Positions 45,434 to 53,217 of a DNA stretch of 53,217 bases are shown piece after piece. The notes under the pieces were generated by a model, which ran no database searches, was not told the origin of the DNA, and saw nothing but the letters and a program-made list of their open reading frames with translations. Position 1 is the first letter of the stretch. The number at the start of each line of letters is the position of its first letter. Source of the DNA: an uncultured Staphylococcus sp. (GTDB lineage: Bacteria > Bacillota_I > Bacilli_A > RFN20 > CAG-826). The stretch lies in NCBI GenBank assembly GCA_964579925.1, contig CAZOHK010000001.1, positions 1-53,217 on the forward strand. The letters run 5' to 3'. The translations under genes and the position numbers were made by a program.

Positions 45434-45480
45434 CTTATTTATTTTACTTGTTATAGGGTTTGAATAAAATATAATTATGA

Positions 45481-46758
45481 GTGATGTTCCCTGAAATTAA
45501 AATCCCTTTTAAGTGGTTCCTTGGATTGGCTCTTGGTGGTCTCGTTATCCTGTTACTCGCTGGTCCTTTTATGCCACTAGTCAATGGCCTTGTTTCCATC
45601 TACCTTCACCCATCTTTACTTGTGAGTGACTACGTGGCAATTGGTGGGGTCCATGCTACCATCATCAATGCTTGGGTTGTCAGTTGGTTCGCTATCTTGG
45701 TTCTTCACCGCATGAAGGTTAAATTCTCAGGTGTGGCATTGGCAGGTGTGGTGACCATCTTAGGTTTTACTTTTTTTGGAAAAAACTTGCTCAATATTGC
45801 TCCAGTCTGGTTAGGTTTTTATTTATATGCGTTGATGAAACGAACGGCGTTAAACCAATACACTGGGACATTTTTGTTTGCATCCGGTATTGCTCCGATC
45901 ACCAGTTTTATGATGTTTGGTATTCCTGATTTAAGTTTAATGATCGCCATCCCACTGGGTATTTTATCTGGGATTATTGCTGGTTGGTTAACTCCAATGG
46001 TGGTGTCAATTGTGGGTAAATTTCACCAGGGTTATAACCTTTATAACACTGGATTTGGGTTGGGTTTTATTGCGATGTTATTTACAGCAATCTTAAGAGC
46101 GTTTGGTGTTGATGTAGCGGTTGAATCAACCCTCACGTTCAATAGTCACAACTTCTTCTTTTTCTTTACGCTTGTGACGTCATTACTTTTGATTGTTGGG
46201 GCTTATGTCATCCATCGCCAAGCGCATCGGCCATGGTTGCGATTATTACAAAGCCCAGGAAACTTACCTTCAGACTTTTATAAAGAGTATGGACTAGCAG
46301 CAACTTTACTTAATGTTGGATCGATTGGATTATTAAGTTTATTCCTTGTTCAATCTTTAAATTTTCAGATTTCTGGTCCAATGTTTGCAGGCATTTTAAC
46401 GTTCATGGGTTTTGGAGCGTATGGAAAACACATACGAAATTCATTACCTGTTATCACCGGTTTAATATTGGCTTCAATGATTCCGGGATTTTCTTTAACG
46501 AATCTAGGTCCTAGTATTGCTGTTTTTTTTGTCACAGCATTAGCACCCGTTGGTGGTAAGTTTGGCATTTTCTATGGTTTACTTGCTGGATTTATTCACC
46601 TAATCATTGCCCCTCAAGCGTTAGCGCTACAAGGTGGATTTGATTTATATAATAATGGATTTACAGCTGGTTTAGTCGCGGGTATCGTCGTCGTCATTGC
46701 CCAAAACTTTCCCATTTCAAGCATACGTTGGCCATTTCGAAAAACGGTTAAACACTAA
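45481..46758 (+). CDS. Polytopic membrane protein with an internal two-fold repeat (DUF1576-like)
   Basis: 425 aa. The two halves align: GVHATIINAW...KFSGVALAGVVTILGFTFFGKNLLNIAPV versus GLAATLLNVG...QISGPMFAGILTFMGFGAYGKHIRNSLPV. Start is GTG 45481 or ATG 45484. Confidence 0.6.
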   Translation: MMFPEIKIPFKWFLGLALGGLVILLLAGPFMPLVNGLVSIYLHPSLLVSDYVAIGGVHATIINAWVVSWFAILVLHRMKVKFSGVALAGVVTILGFTFFGKNLLNIAPVWLGFYLYALMKRTALNQYTGTFLFASGIAPITSFMMFGIPDLSLMIAIPLGILSGIIAGWLTPMVVSIVGKFHQGYNLYNTGFGLGFIAMLFTAILRAFGVDVAVESTLTFNSHNFFFFFTLVTSLLLIVGAYVIHRQAHRPWLRLLQSPGNLPSDFYKEYGLAATLLNVGSIGLLSLFLVQSLNFQISGPMFAGILTFMGFGAYGKHIRNSLPVITGLILASMIPGFSLTNLGPSIAVFFVTALAPVGGKFGIFYGLLAGFIHLIIAPQALALQGGFDLYNNGFTAGLVAGIVVVIAQNFPISSIRWPFRKTVKH

Positions 46759-47804
46759 TGCAAAGCTTTCAATCGGTTGCAGTTGTGATACCAGTTTTTC
46801 GCCCAAACGAAAACCTGATTAGATTAATTGATGAAATCAGACGTCAATTCCATCAAACCATTATTGTGGTTGATGATGGAAACCAAGATCAAAGCATCTT
46901 TGCTAAATTGAAGGATGTGGTTTTGTTACACCATCAAAAGAACCAAGGAAAAGGTGCGGCCTTAAAAACCGCATTTCAATATATTGTAGAAAACCTTGAG
47001 CACATTGAAGGTGTGGTGACTGCGGATGCGGATGGTCAACATCCTGCAGCGGATATTCAACGATTTATTCAATTGCTGGATCAGGACAACCGCCCTTTTT
47101 ACATGGCCACCAGAACCTTTGATCGTAGGACGCCGTTAACCAATCGTTTAGGAAACCTCATTACAAGAAAAATCTTTTCTTGGGTAACCGGGCAAACCAT
47201 CTTGGATACGCAGAATGGATTAAGGGGAATCCCACGTTGGTTATTACCTTCATTGATCAAGATCCCTCAAAATCGATACGACTATGAAATGGCAATGCTA
47301 AAAGATGTGGCCAATCAAAAAACAACCATCATCCAAGTGCCTACACAAACCATCTATGCACAAGAAGGTGCAGTGAGTTCGTTTAACCCTTGGAAAGATT
47401 CGGTGATGATCTATCGGATTTTATTAAAAAGCTGGATACGTTTCTTGTTTGTTGCTCTCACCAGTTTTATTTTGGATTATGCGTTGTACTTATTCTTTTA
47501 TCAATTCATACAAGGTTCCTGGCGCGTGATTTTGTCTGTGGTGTTTGCAAGGTTAATTTCAGGTGTCTTTAATTACGCACTTAATCGATTTTATAGTTTT
47601 CAATCCAACGCTAAATTTATCAAATCTGGATTTCAGTATTTGTTTTTGTTTTTCATCATCTTAACCGCTTCCGCTTTTGGAACAGACTTCATTGTATTTT
47701 TAGGTTTATCTCACACTATTGCAAAGCCGTTGGTCGATATGGTTTTGTTTTTTGTTTCTTATCAAGTTCAAAAGCGTTATATTTTTAACACACCACAATC
47801 ATGA
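46758..47804 (+). CDS. Family-2 glycosyltransferase (polyprenyl-phosphate sugar synthase-like) fused to a C-terminal GtrA-like membrane domain
   Basis: 348 aa. Motifs VVIPVFRPNE, IVVDDGN, DADGQH, then four TM helices in a GtrA-like pattern. TAATG overlap upstream and ATGA overlap downstream. Confidence 0.8.
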   Translation: MQSFQSVAVVIPVFRPNENLIRLIDEIRRQFHQTIIVVDDGNQDQSIFAKLKDVVLLHHQKNQGKGAALKTAFQYIVENLEHIEGVVTADADGQHPAADIQRFIQLLDQDNRPFYMATRTFDRRTPLTNRLGNLITRKIFSWVTGQTILDTQNGLRGIPRWLLPSLIKIPQNRYDYEMAMLKDVANQKTTIIQVPTQTIYAQEGAVSSFNPWKDSVMIYRILLKSWIRFLFVALTSFILDYALYLFFYQFIQGSWRVILSVVFARLISGVFNYALNRFYSFQSNAKFIKSGFQYLFLFFIILTASAFGTDFIVFLGLSHTIAKPLVDMVLFFVSYQVQKRYIFNTPQS

Positions 47805-48712
47805 AAAAGAATCTTACGCTTTTTACAATTGTTTATTGCATTGCCTTAAGCACGGGCACTGGTTATTCCTTACTTGATACCTTTGTCTTTACATTAGGTG
47901 GCAACAGCGGTTCAAATATCTTGTCTTCTAGTAGTAGTGAATCAACTCCGCCAACATCTATCACACCCACCTATACAGCATTCTCGTACATCGACCAAGA
48001 TATCACCTTGGATATTGATGTGATTCGGCGATATGAAACGCAAGTTTATGTGGCGGTTTTAACAACCACCAATCATCGACTTATCAAATCCGCATTCGGT
48101 TTTGATACGTACGGAAGAAATTATAAAGAAAAAACATCGGTTATGGCGACAAGAAAAGAAGCCATTTTTGCAATCAACGGAGACTATTATGGCTTTCGAG
48201 ATATTGGATTTGTGGTGAGAAACGGTATTGTCTATCGTATTACCCCTCGCCCTGCAGATGCAGATGATGCAGTTATTTTAAAAGATAACGGAACCATGCA
48301 AACCATTGAAGAAGTGAACACAAGTTTACAAACCCTCAATAGTCTACAACCTTGGCAAGTTTGGTCGTTTGGTCCAGTACTCATGAATCAATCCGCAATT
48401 GTGGTGACACCTTCAACCAAAGTACCTTATGAACTTTCAAGTAACCCTAGAACTGCAATAGGACAAATCAACGACAATCAATATATGTTTGTGGTTTCCG
48501 ATGGCAGAACGTCTGAAAGTGCTGGATTATCGGTATACGAGCTGGCATCTATTTTTGATGAATATAACGCACGTTTTGCTTATAACCTTGATGGAGGAGG
48601 TTCTGCAACCATGTGGTTTCATGGCCGCATCATCAACAAGCCAGTCAATAGTGGATCCACCATTTCTGAACGATCGATAAGTGATATCGTTTATGTTGGT
48701 TATGAACTTTAA
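47801..48712 (+). CDS. Phosphodiester glycosidase family protein (DUF2233/NAGPA-like), membrane-anchored
   Basis: 303 aa. N-terminal signal anchor. Motifs AINGDYYGF and YNLDGGGSATMW. Confidence 0.75.
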   Translation: MKKNLTLFTIVYCIALSTGTGYSLLDTFVFTLGGNSGSNILSSSSSESTPPTSITPTYTAFSYIDQDITLDIDVIRRYETQVYVAVLTTTNHRLIKSAFGFDTYGRNYKEKTSVMATRKEAIFAINGDYYGFRDIGFVVRNGIVYRITPRPADADDAVILKDNGTMQTIEEVNTSLQTLNSLQPWQVWSFGPVLMNQSAIVVTPSTKVPYELSSNPRTAIGQINDNQYMFVVSDGRTSESAGLSVYELASIFDEYNARFAYNLDGGGSATMWFHGRIINKPVNSGSTISERSISDIVYVGYEL

Positions 48713-49049
48713 AATTAAACTAGGTGTCGTTTATGGCATCGTGACAATCTTTGTCGCTATGTTTTCATATGTGTATTTGAGTTTTGTTCCCGGTGTCTTT
48801 AACCTTTGGATGGTGGGGGTTGCAACCGTACCGTTCGTCGGTGGGTTCATTGAATTACTTATCCGTAAACAAAAAAACACCTCAGTGGGATGGACTTTTT
48901 ATCGATTGGGTTTGGCAACCTTAACCGTGCAACTCATCTTAAAGGGAATTTATGATATTGCCTTATCAAGTTTTCGTGGAGAAACCTTTTATGTGATTGC
49001 CTGGATTGCTTTAATCACTATAGGCTTATTTGTACAAGCTAGAGAATAA
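48681..49049 (+). CDS. Small integral membrane protein, unknown function
   Basis: Up to 122 aa with about 4 TM segments. It overlaps the previous gene. The start may instead be 48693 or 48702. Confidence 0.45.
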   Translation: MISFMLVMNFKIKLGVVYGIVTIFVAMFSYVYLSFVPGVFNLWMVGVATVPFVGGFIELLIRKQKNTSVGWTFYRLGLATLTVQLILKGIYDIALSSFRGETFYVIAWIALITIGLFVQARE

Positions 49050-49692
49050 TCCGCCATTGATTAGCTTTAGCATATGCAGTTAAGCGTCGATCTGGGTTTA
49101 CACAAATCGCTTCTTTCGCTTTTTTGAGTAAGTCTAAATCCGCGTAAGCATCAGAATAGGCTTTGGTTTTGCTCCACATAAATGCTTTAAATTGTTTTTC
49201 AATCGCTGGAACTTTGTGTTTTGCTGAAAGAATTTCAATATTTGATTTAACTTTTCCGTCCGCGTTAAAAAGGGTCGTTCCAAGAATATAATCAAACCCC
49301 AGTGATCGGTATCGTTCAAGGAAAACATCAAAATTTCCCGAGAGCAAGATGGTCGTATAACCATCGACCTTATCTTTTTGGATTTGTTTCACTAGTTTTT
49401 TATGGAGACTCTTTTTACTTTCTTCATACAGGGAATCCAAGAATACACTCAATTGGTCAAACGAAACCGAGCCAAATAATTGACCCACTTGTTCCATAGC
49501 CCAATACCGAAAACGTTCTCGTTGAATCCCGAATACTTTTAGTTTTTGAAGAATATATCTTGTATAAATGCGACGCTTAATATTTTTAAATTGAGTTTGT
49601 GGTAAACCTGATTGTTCCCAATGTTTAAGAATCATGGGCACGGTTTGTGCTTGTAGTAAGGTTCCATCAAAGTCGTAAATTGCGTATTTCAT
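49039..49692 (-). CDS. HAD-superfamily hydrolase (subfamily IB-like)
   Basis: The ATG at 49692 gives MKYAIYDFDGTLL (DxDGT motif I). Motifs LLSGN and YSDAYADLDLL. The maximal ORF reaches 49737. Confidence 0.75.
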   Translation of the reverse strand: MKYAIYDFDGTLLQAQTVPMILKHWEQSGLPQTQFKNIKRRIYTRYILQKLKVFGIQRERFRYWAMEQVGQLFGSVSFDQLSVFLDSLYEESKKSLHKKLVKQIQKDKVDGYTTILLSGNFDVFLERYRSLGFDYILGTTLFNADGKVKSNIEILSAKHKVPAIEKQFKAFMWSKTKAYSDAYADLDLLKKAKEAICVNPDRRLTAYAKANQWRIIL

Positions 49693-49766
49693 AAACACGA
49701 TTATTATACCAAGATTGTTCAACGCACTCACCACCATGTTTATAATGGAGAAAGGTGGTTGAATCC

Positions 49767-50585
49767 ATGAAAAATCTTAAAGGTACTGTGTGGGTGGTGA
49801 CAGGCGCTGGTAACGGCATTGGTCGTGCATTAACCCTCCATCTTCTTCGTCAAGGTGCTAAAGTCGCGGCAATCGATATTTCTGAATCTTTTTTAAAAGA
49901 AACACAACGGGTTGCGAAGGCGAAAGCAAGTGATCTCAAAACGTATGTGGTTGATATTACAAACGAAAACAAGGTCTTTTTGTTACCAGATGAAGTCATC
50001 AAGGATTTTGGCCAAGTTGATGGTTTGATTAATAACGCAGGAATCATTCAACCATTCGTGAGGGTGAGGCAATTAAAAAACGAAGATATTCATCGTGTCA
50101 TGAATGTGAATTTTTTTGGAACCCTCCACATGGTCCGAGCATTTTTACCACACTTGGTAAAACGTCCAGAAGCAAACCTTGTCAACGTCTCAAGCATGGG
50201 AGGATTTGTTCCTGTTCCGGGTCAAGCGATTTATGGCGCATCCAAAGCGGCCGTGAAATTATTAACCGAAGCACTTTATGCAGAACTTAAAGGGACGCCT
50301 GTAAAAGTAACGGTGGTATTCCCTGGAGCAATTGGAACCAACATCACCACCAACTCTGGTGTAGATATGAACATGTCAAAAGCAGATGCTGAAAAGATGG
50401 CGAAAACACAAAAGACACTCTCTCCTGAAAGCGCTGCGGCAATGATTGTTGAAAAAGGAATCAAACAAAATCGTTATCGATTAACCGTAGGAAAAGATGC
50501 CCGCTTCCTTGATTTGATGAGTCGTTTCTTTCCTAAAATGGCAACCAATACGATTGCAAACGCGATGAAGAATCTTTTAAAGTAG
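49767..50585 (+). CDS. Short-chain dehydrogenase/reductase (SDR)
   Basis: Motifs TGAGNGIGRA, NNAG, YGASKAAVK. The ATG at 49767 is 8 nt after AAAGGTGG. The GTG at 49755 is the maximal ORF. Confidence 0.85.
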   Translation: MKNLKGTVWVVTGAGNGIGRALTLHLLRQGAKVAAIDISESFLKETQRVAKAKASDLKTYVVDITNENKVFLLPDEVIKDFGQVDGLINNAGIIQPFVRVRQLKNEDIHRVMNVNFFGTLHMVRAFLPHLVKRPEANLVNVSSMGGFVPVPGQAIYGASKAAVKLLTEALYAELKGTPVKVTVVFPGAIGTNITTNSGVDMNMSKADAEKMAKTQKTLSPESAAAMIVEKGIKQNRYRLTVGKDARFLDLMSRFFPKMATNTIANAMKNLLK

Positions 50586-50587
50586 GA

Positions 50588-51706
50588 TTAGCGACGTAAA
50601 TATTCGCGATGCCCGTTGACGATACTCGTTAAAACAAATCGATGCCGACTATTGGGAATGGTGGACGTAAAATTTAAACTCTTTTCACGATGTTCATAAC
50701 CCGTCATCAACCGTTCATACGTTGAAAAGTCAGCTTTACGACGTTGATGAATCGTGGTTAAAAAAGCTTTTTTATCAAGCATTTTTTCGTACGCGGGTTG
50801 AAGTGTGAGATAAAAACTTTCTCCGGTCGCCCCAGATCCATAAGAAAACATGCCGATGGTTTCATTCGCTAAGGATGTTGGGTAAGTCGTTAACAACGAA
50901 ATCAATGACAAGTAAAGCGACCCATTGTAAATATTTCCAACTTCCTTATTGAAAGCTTTGGTCGCCATTAATACTTCGGGACTTAATGGTTCCATTAATA
51001 CTTCCGATGCTTTGTCGCTCATCGTCGCAAACGGCATATGGAAACAAACGAACTTTAATGGTTTTTCTGGGCGAACTTGTTTGAGTAATTCTTTGTAACT
51101 TCGAATGGAAAGTTTACCATCCACAATGGGAACTTGAGAAAAAGATGGTCGATAAAAATCTTTATTATTTTCTACAATCGCTTGGCCTTCTTGAATCACT
51201 GCAAGTCGTGGATTGTTGCTCACAATCATCGCAACCGCACCTGCACCTTGGGTTACTTCTCCTGGTGTATTGAGACCATACCACGCAACATCACTGGCAA
51301 TGACCAATGCTAATTTATCAGGATGTTGGGCGACGTAATCTTTCGCCAACATAAGCGCGCCAGTTGCGGCATAACAAGCTTGTTTGACTTCTAAGACACG
51401 GCAATTTGGTTGTAATTGTAAAAGTGCGTGTAAATAAACGCCCGCAGATTTAGAAAAATCAACACCAGACTCTGTAGCAAACAATAACAACCCAATTTGA
51501 TGTTCTCGACCCTTGATGAGGTCAGCGCTTGCTTCTGCGGCCATCGTAATCACATCTTCAAACGGATCAATTAAAGACATTTTTTCTTGGCCGATGCCTA
51601 CGGTATACTTTTCTACCGCGACTTGCCGAACCACCGCTAGTTCAGCGAGATCAAGATAAACTTGTGGGGTATAAAAATTGATTGCATCGATGCCGACTTT
51701 ATTCAT
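50588..51706 (-). CDS. mvaS: Hydroxymethylglutaryl-CoA synthase
   Basis: 372 aa. N-terminus VGIDAINFYTP and catalytic Cys context VKQACYAATGA. Starts 5 nt after the HMGR stop. Confidence 0.9.
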   Translation of the reverse strand: MNKVGIDAINFYTPQVYLDLAELAVVRQVAVEKYTVGIGQEKMSLIDPFEDVITMAAEASADLIKGREHQIGLLLFATESGVDFSKSAGVYLHALLQLQPNCRVLEVKQACYAATGALMLAKDYVAQHPDKLALVIASDVAWYGLNTPGEVTQGAGAVAMIVSNNPRLAVIQEGQAIVENNKDFYRPSFSQVPIVDGKLSIRSYKELLKQVRPEKPLKFVCFHMPFATMSDKASEVLMEPLSPEVLMATKAFNKEVGNIYNGSLYLSLISLLTTYPTSLANETIGMFSYGSGATGESFYLTLQPAYEKMLDKKAFLTTIHQRRKADFSTYERLMTGYEHREKSLNFTSTIPNSRHRFVLTSIVNGHREYLRR

Positions 51707-51711
51707 GTTGC

Positions 51712-52758
51712 TTACTTTCTTTCTATAGCGGTATGGGCCCGCATTAATTCATGAGGATTGGTTAAGGCTGCAAGTAAGGAAAGTTCTCCTGCAAGCACCG
51801 TGGCTGCAACCAAGTGGGCAAGGGTTTGACTACCACCTTGGCCAATGCAACCCATTTTTTCTAAGCGTTCTTTAAACGGTGTTTCATTTTTACCATTGCC
51901 AACTGTCCCAACAATAATATTGGGTATGGTTACAGAAAAATAAAGATCCTGATTGCGAACTTCGGCATAGGTAATCCCTTGTGAACCTTCAACAATATTC
52001 GCAGCATCTTGTCCAGTTGCAAGATAGATGGCAAGCAACATGTTGGCATAATGTGCGTTTGCACTGTGAATAGAACCCGCCATGATGGAGCCAATTAAAT
52101 TTTTCTTAATGTTAAGGTCAACGAGTTTTTCAGGGGTTGATTTTAAATCTTCTTCAACGATTTTACGAGGGATGGTGAGTTCTGCGATAACATGCTTACC
52201 TCGACCCTTAATTGCATTAATTACACTTACTTTTTTATCCACGCACATGTTGCCGGAAACGGAAACGTAGGTTGTATTTTTAAATTGCTTTAAAATCAAA
52301 TCTCCAATACCATCGGCCACTAATGTCACCATGTTGTGACCACTTGCGTTATCAGAAAAAATCGCAATTCTTAAATAGACTAAGTTCGCAACTTGATAAA
52401 CATCAATGGCTTGTAATTTTGCGTAACGACTTAATTTATCCACCACTTCTTTTTGTAATGTGCTTATGTTCACCTTCGCATATTGACCAATCTTCGCTGC
52501 TTCGGATGCATCTTTTGCTTCAAGTGTGATCGAACGCGTCATCAAATCACTGATAAGGGTAGAACGAATGCCACCGGCATTTTTTATGACCTTCAATCCG
52601 CGTTGAACTGAAAAAAATAATGTGGTTTCCAAGGTTGCTAATGGGATTTGAGTTGAATTGATGGTTGAGATTTGACCTAAGTTTGTCACTGAGGAAAAGG
52701 TAACCGGACCAACCCACCTTGTGGGAATGGGTGTAAACATATCTAAATTTTCTTTCAT
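51712..52758 (-). CDS. Hydroxymethylglutaryl-CoA reductase, compact class-I-like form
   Basis: 348 aa. Class I blocks VSGNMCVDKK, GRGKHVI, KKNLIGSIMAGS, NAHYANMLLAIYLATGQDAAN, VGTVGNG, AGELSLLAAL. The N-terminus begins at the ENxxx catalytic Glu motif. Confidence 0.8.
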   Translation of the reverse strand: MKENLDMFTPIPTRWVGPVTFSSVTNLGQISTINSTQIPLATLETTLFFSVQRGLKVIKNAGGIRSTLISDLMTRSITLEAKDASEAAKIGQYAKVNISTLQKEVVDKLSRYAKLQAIDVYQVANLVYLRIAIFSDNASGHNMVTLVADGIGDLILKQFKNTTYVSVSGNMCVDKKVSVINAIKGRGKHVIAELTIPRKIVEEDLKSTPEKLVDLNIKKNLIGSIMAGSIHSANAHYANMLLAIYLATGQDAANIVEGSQGITYAEVRNQDLYFSVTIPNIIVGTVGNGKNETPFKERLEKMGCIGQGGSQTLAHLVAATVLAGELSLLAALTNPHELMRAHTAIERK

Positions 52759-52794
52759 ACTATAATTTTATGATAAATCGAGGGAGAAAACCTA

Positions 52795-53217
52795 TTAAAT
52801 GTTTTCTTGGTCATAAAATTTATGACCAAGGTGTAATAATTCTTGATCTTGGCCCAACTTTGCAACCAAGATTAAACCATTGGGTTTGCCATCCATGTAA
52901 CCAATCGGTAAACATAAACAAGGATTGCCATAGATCGGGGCAAAACCTAGCCAAGTTGGTGTGATGAGCGCATCCAATTGCTTGCTCACCAACATGTCTT
53001 GAAACTGACTCGCTTCATGTTTTAACGTTTGATATAACTTTTCGTAATCTGCATCAAGGATGGATGGCATCTTTTCACTGGCAAGCAGTGTGGCTTGGCC
53101 ATAACGTAAGCATCGTTGAGGATGCTTTATATTAAATTCAATAATCTCTTTTAGGTTTTTTGGCATACCACGTTGGTGGTGCTGTTTAAGAAATGCATTG
53201 AGGGAAACTTTAAATTC
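52795..53217 (-). CDS. Amidase-signature family protein, C-terminal part (gene runs off the window)
   Basis: The frame stays open to the window edge (EFKVSLNAFLKQHHQRGMPKNLKEIIEFNIKHP...YGQ...). This is a typical amidase C-terminal pattern. The 5' end is not in the window. Confidence 0.6.
   Translation of the reverse strand, partial: EFKVSLNAFLKQHHQRGMPKNLKEIIEFNIKHPQRCLRYGQATLLASEKMPSILDADYEKLYQTLKHEASQFQDMLVSKQLDALITPTWLGFAPIYGNPCLCLPIGYMDGKPNGLILVAKLGQDQELLHLGHKFYDQENI

Noticed and set aside
52759-52794. An SD for HMGR in the 36-nt gap after the amidase gene.
   Set aside because: The only purine-rich run (AGGGAG, 52781-52786) is on the wrong strand. On the coding strand the gap reads TAGGTTTTCTCCCTCGATTTATCATAAAATTATAGT and has no SD, so I listed the gene under the leaderless candidates instead.
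1-53217. CRISPR arrays, long tandem or dispersed repeats, IS elements, integrases, prophage genes, tRNA and rRNA genes, and code-4 (TGA = Trp) recoding.
   Set aside because: By eye I found no repeat-spacer periodicity, no transposase or recombinase-like ORFs, no intergenic gap large enough for an rRNA, and no cloverleaf-like sequence in the few gaps over 60 nt. No gene is split at an in-frame TGA. A computational repeat and tRNA scan would be needed for certainty.

Overview
AT-rich, very gene-dense chromosomal window. I call 59 CDS and find no rRNA or tRNA genes, no CRISPR array, and no transposase, integrase or phage genes. All large ORFs are intact with TGA read as stop. The gene content is BMP-lipoprotein nucleoside ABC uptake, a purine/pyrimidine salvage trio, lipobox lipoproteins, a complete mevalonate pathway, carotenoid tailoring genes, and no cell-wall genes. 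By inference only, this suggests an Acholeplasma-like mollicute or a closely related low-GC Firmicute. Main blocks: (1) BMP nucleoside ABC operon at 220-4964. (2) A small resistance and redox group at 4966-9552 (CAT-like, ArsC, MarR, FabV). (3) The lower mevalonate operon mvk-mvaD-pmk-fni-ispA at 13035-17682 (minus strand), and the upper pathway HMGR-mvaS at 50588-52758 (minus strand). (4) The operon pgpA, M6-like lipoprotein protease, ICMT-like methyltransferase at 20376-22773. (5) An XRE regulator plus a free-standing paralog of its C-terminal domain at 22816-23546. (6) hpt-apt/upp salvage and hslO. (7) mutY-gpx-ABC exporter, divergent from a staphyloxanthin-type late carotenoid module (crtP, crtQ, crtO) whose operon is headed by a CDF transporter, at 26553-34638. 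(8) pdxST-EamA-nadE-VOC. (9) DUF1801-chrA. (10) A four-gene envelope glycosylation-like operon at 45481-49049 (internally duplicated DUF1576-like membrane protein, GT2-GtrA fusion, phosphodiester glycosidase, small membrane protein). I see no classic defence island. The best candidates for undescribed biology are the DUF1576/GT2-GtrA/phosphodiester-glycosidase operon, the XRE-plus-paralog pair, the protease/ICMT-like pair, the minimal class-I-like HMG-CoA reductase, and the CDF-led C30-type carotenoid operon. Two genome-style features recur: -10 boxes placed 5-8 nt from start codons that lack an SD (probable leaderless mRNAs), and convergent genes whose 3' ends overlap with no terminators. All family assignments come from motif recognition by eye and from memory, not from database searches.
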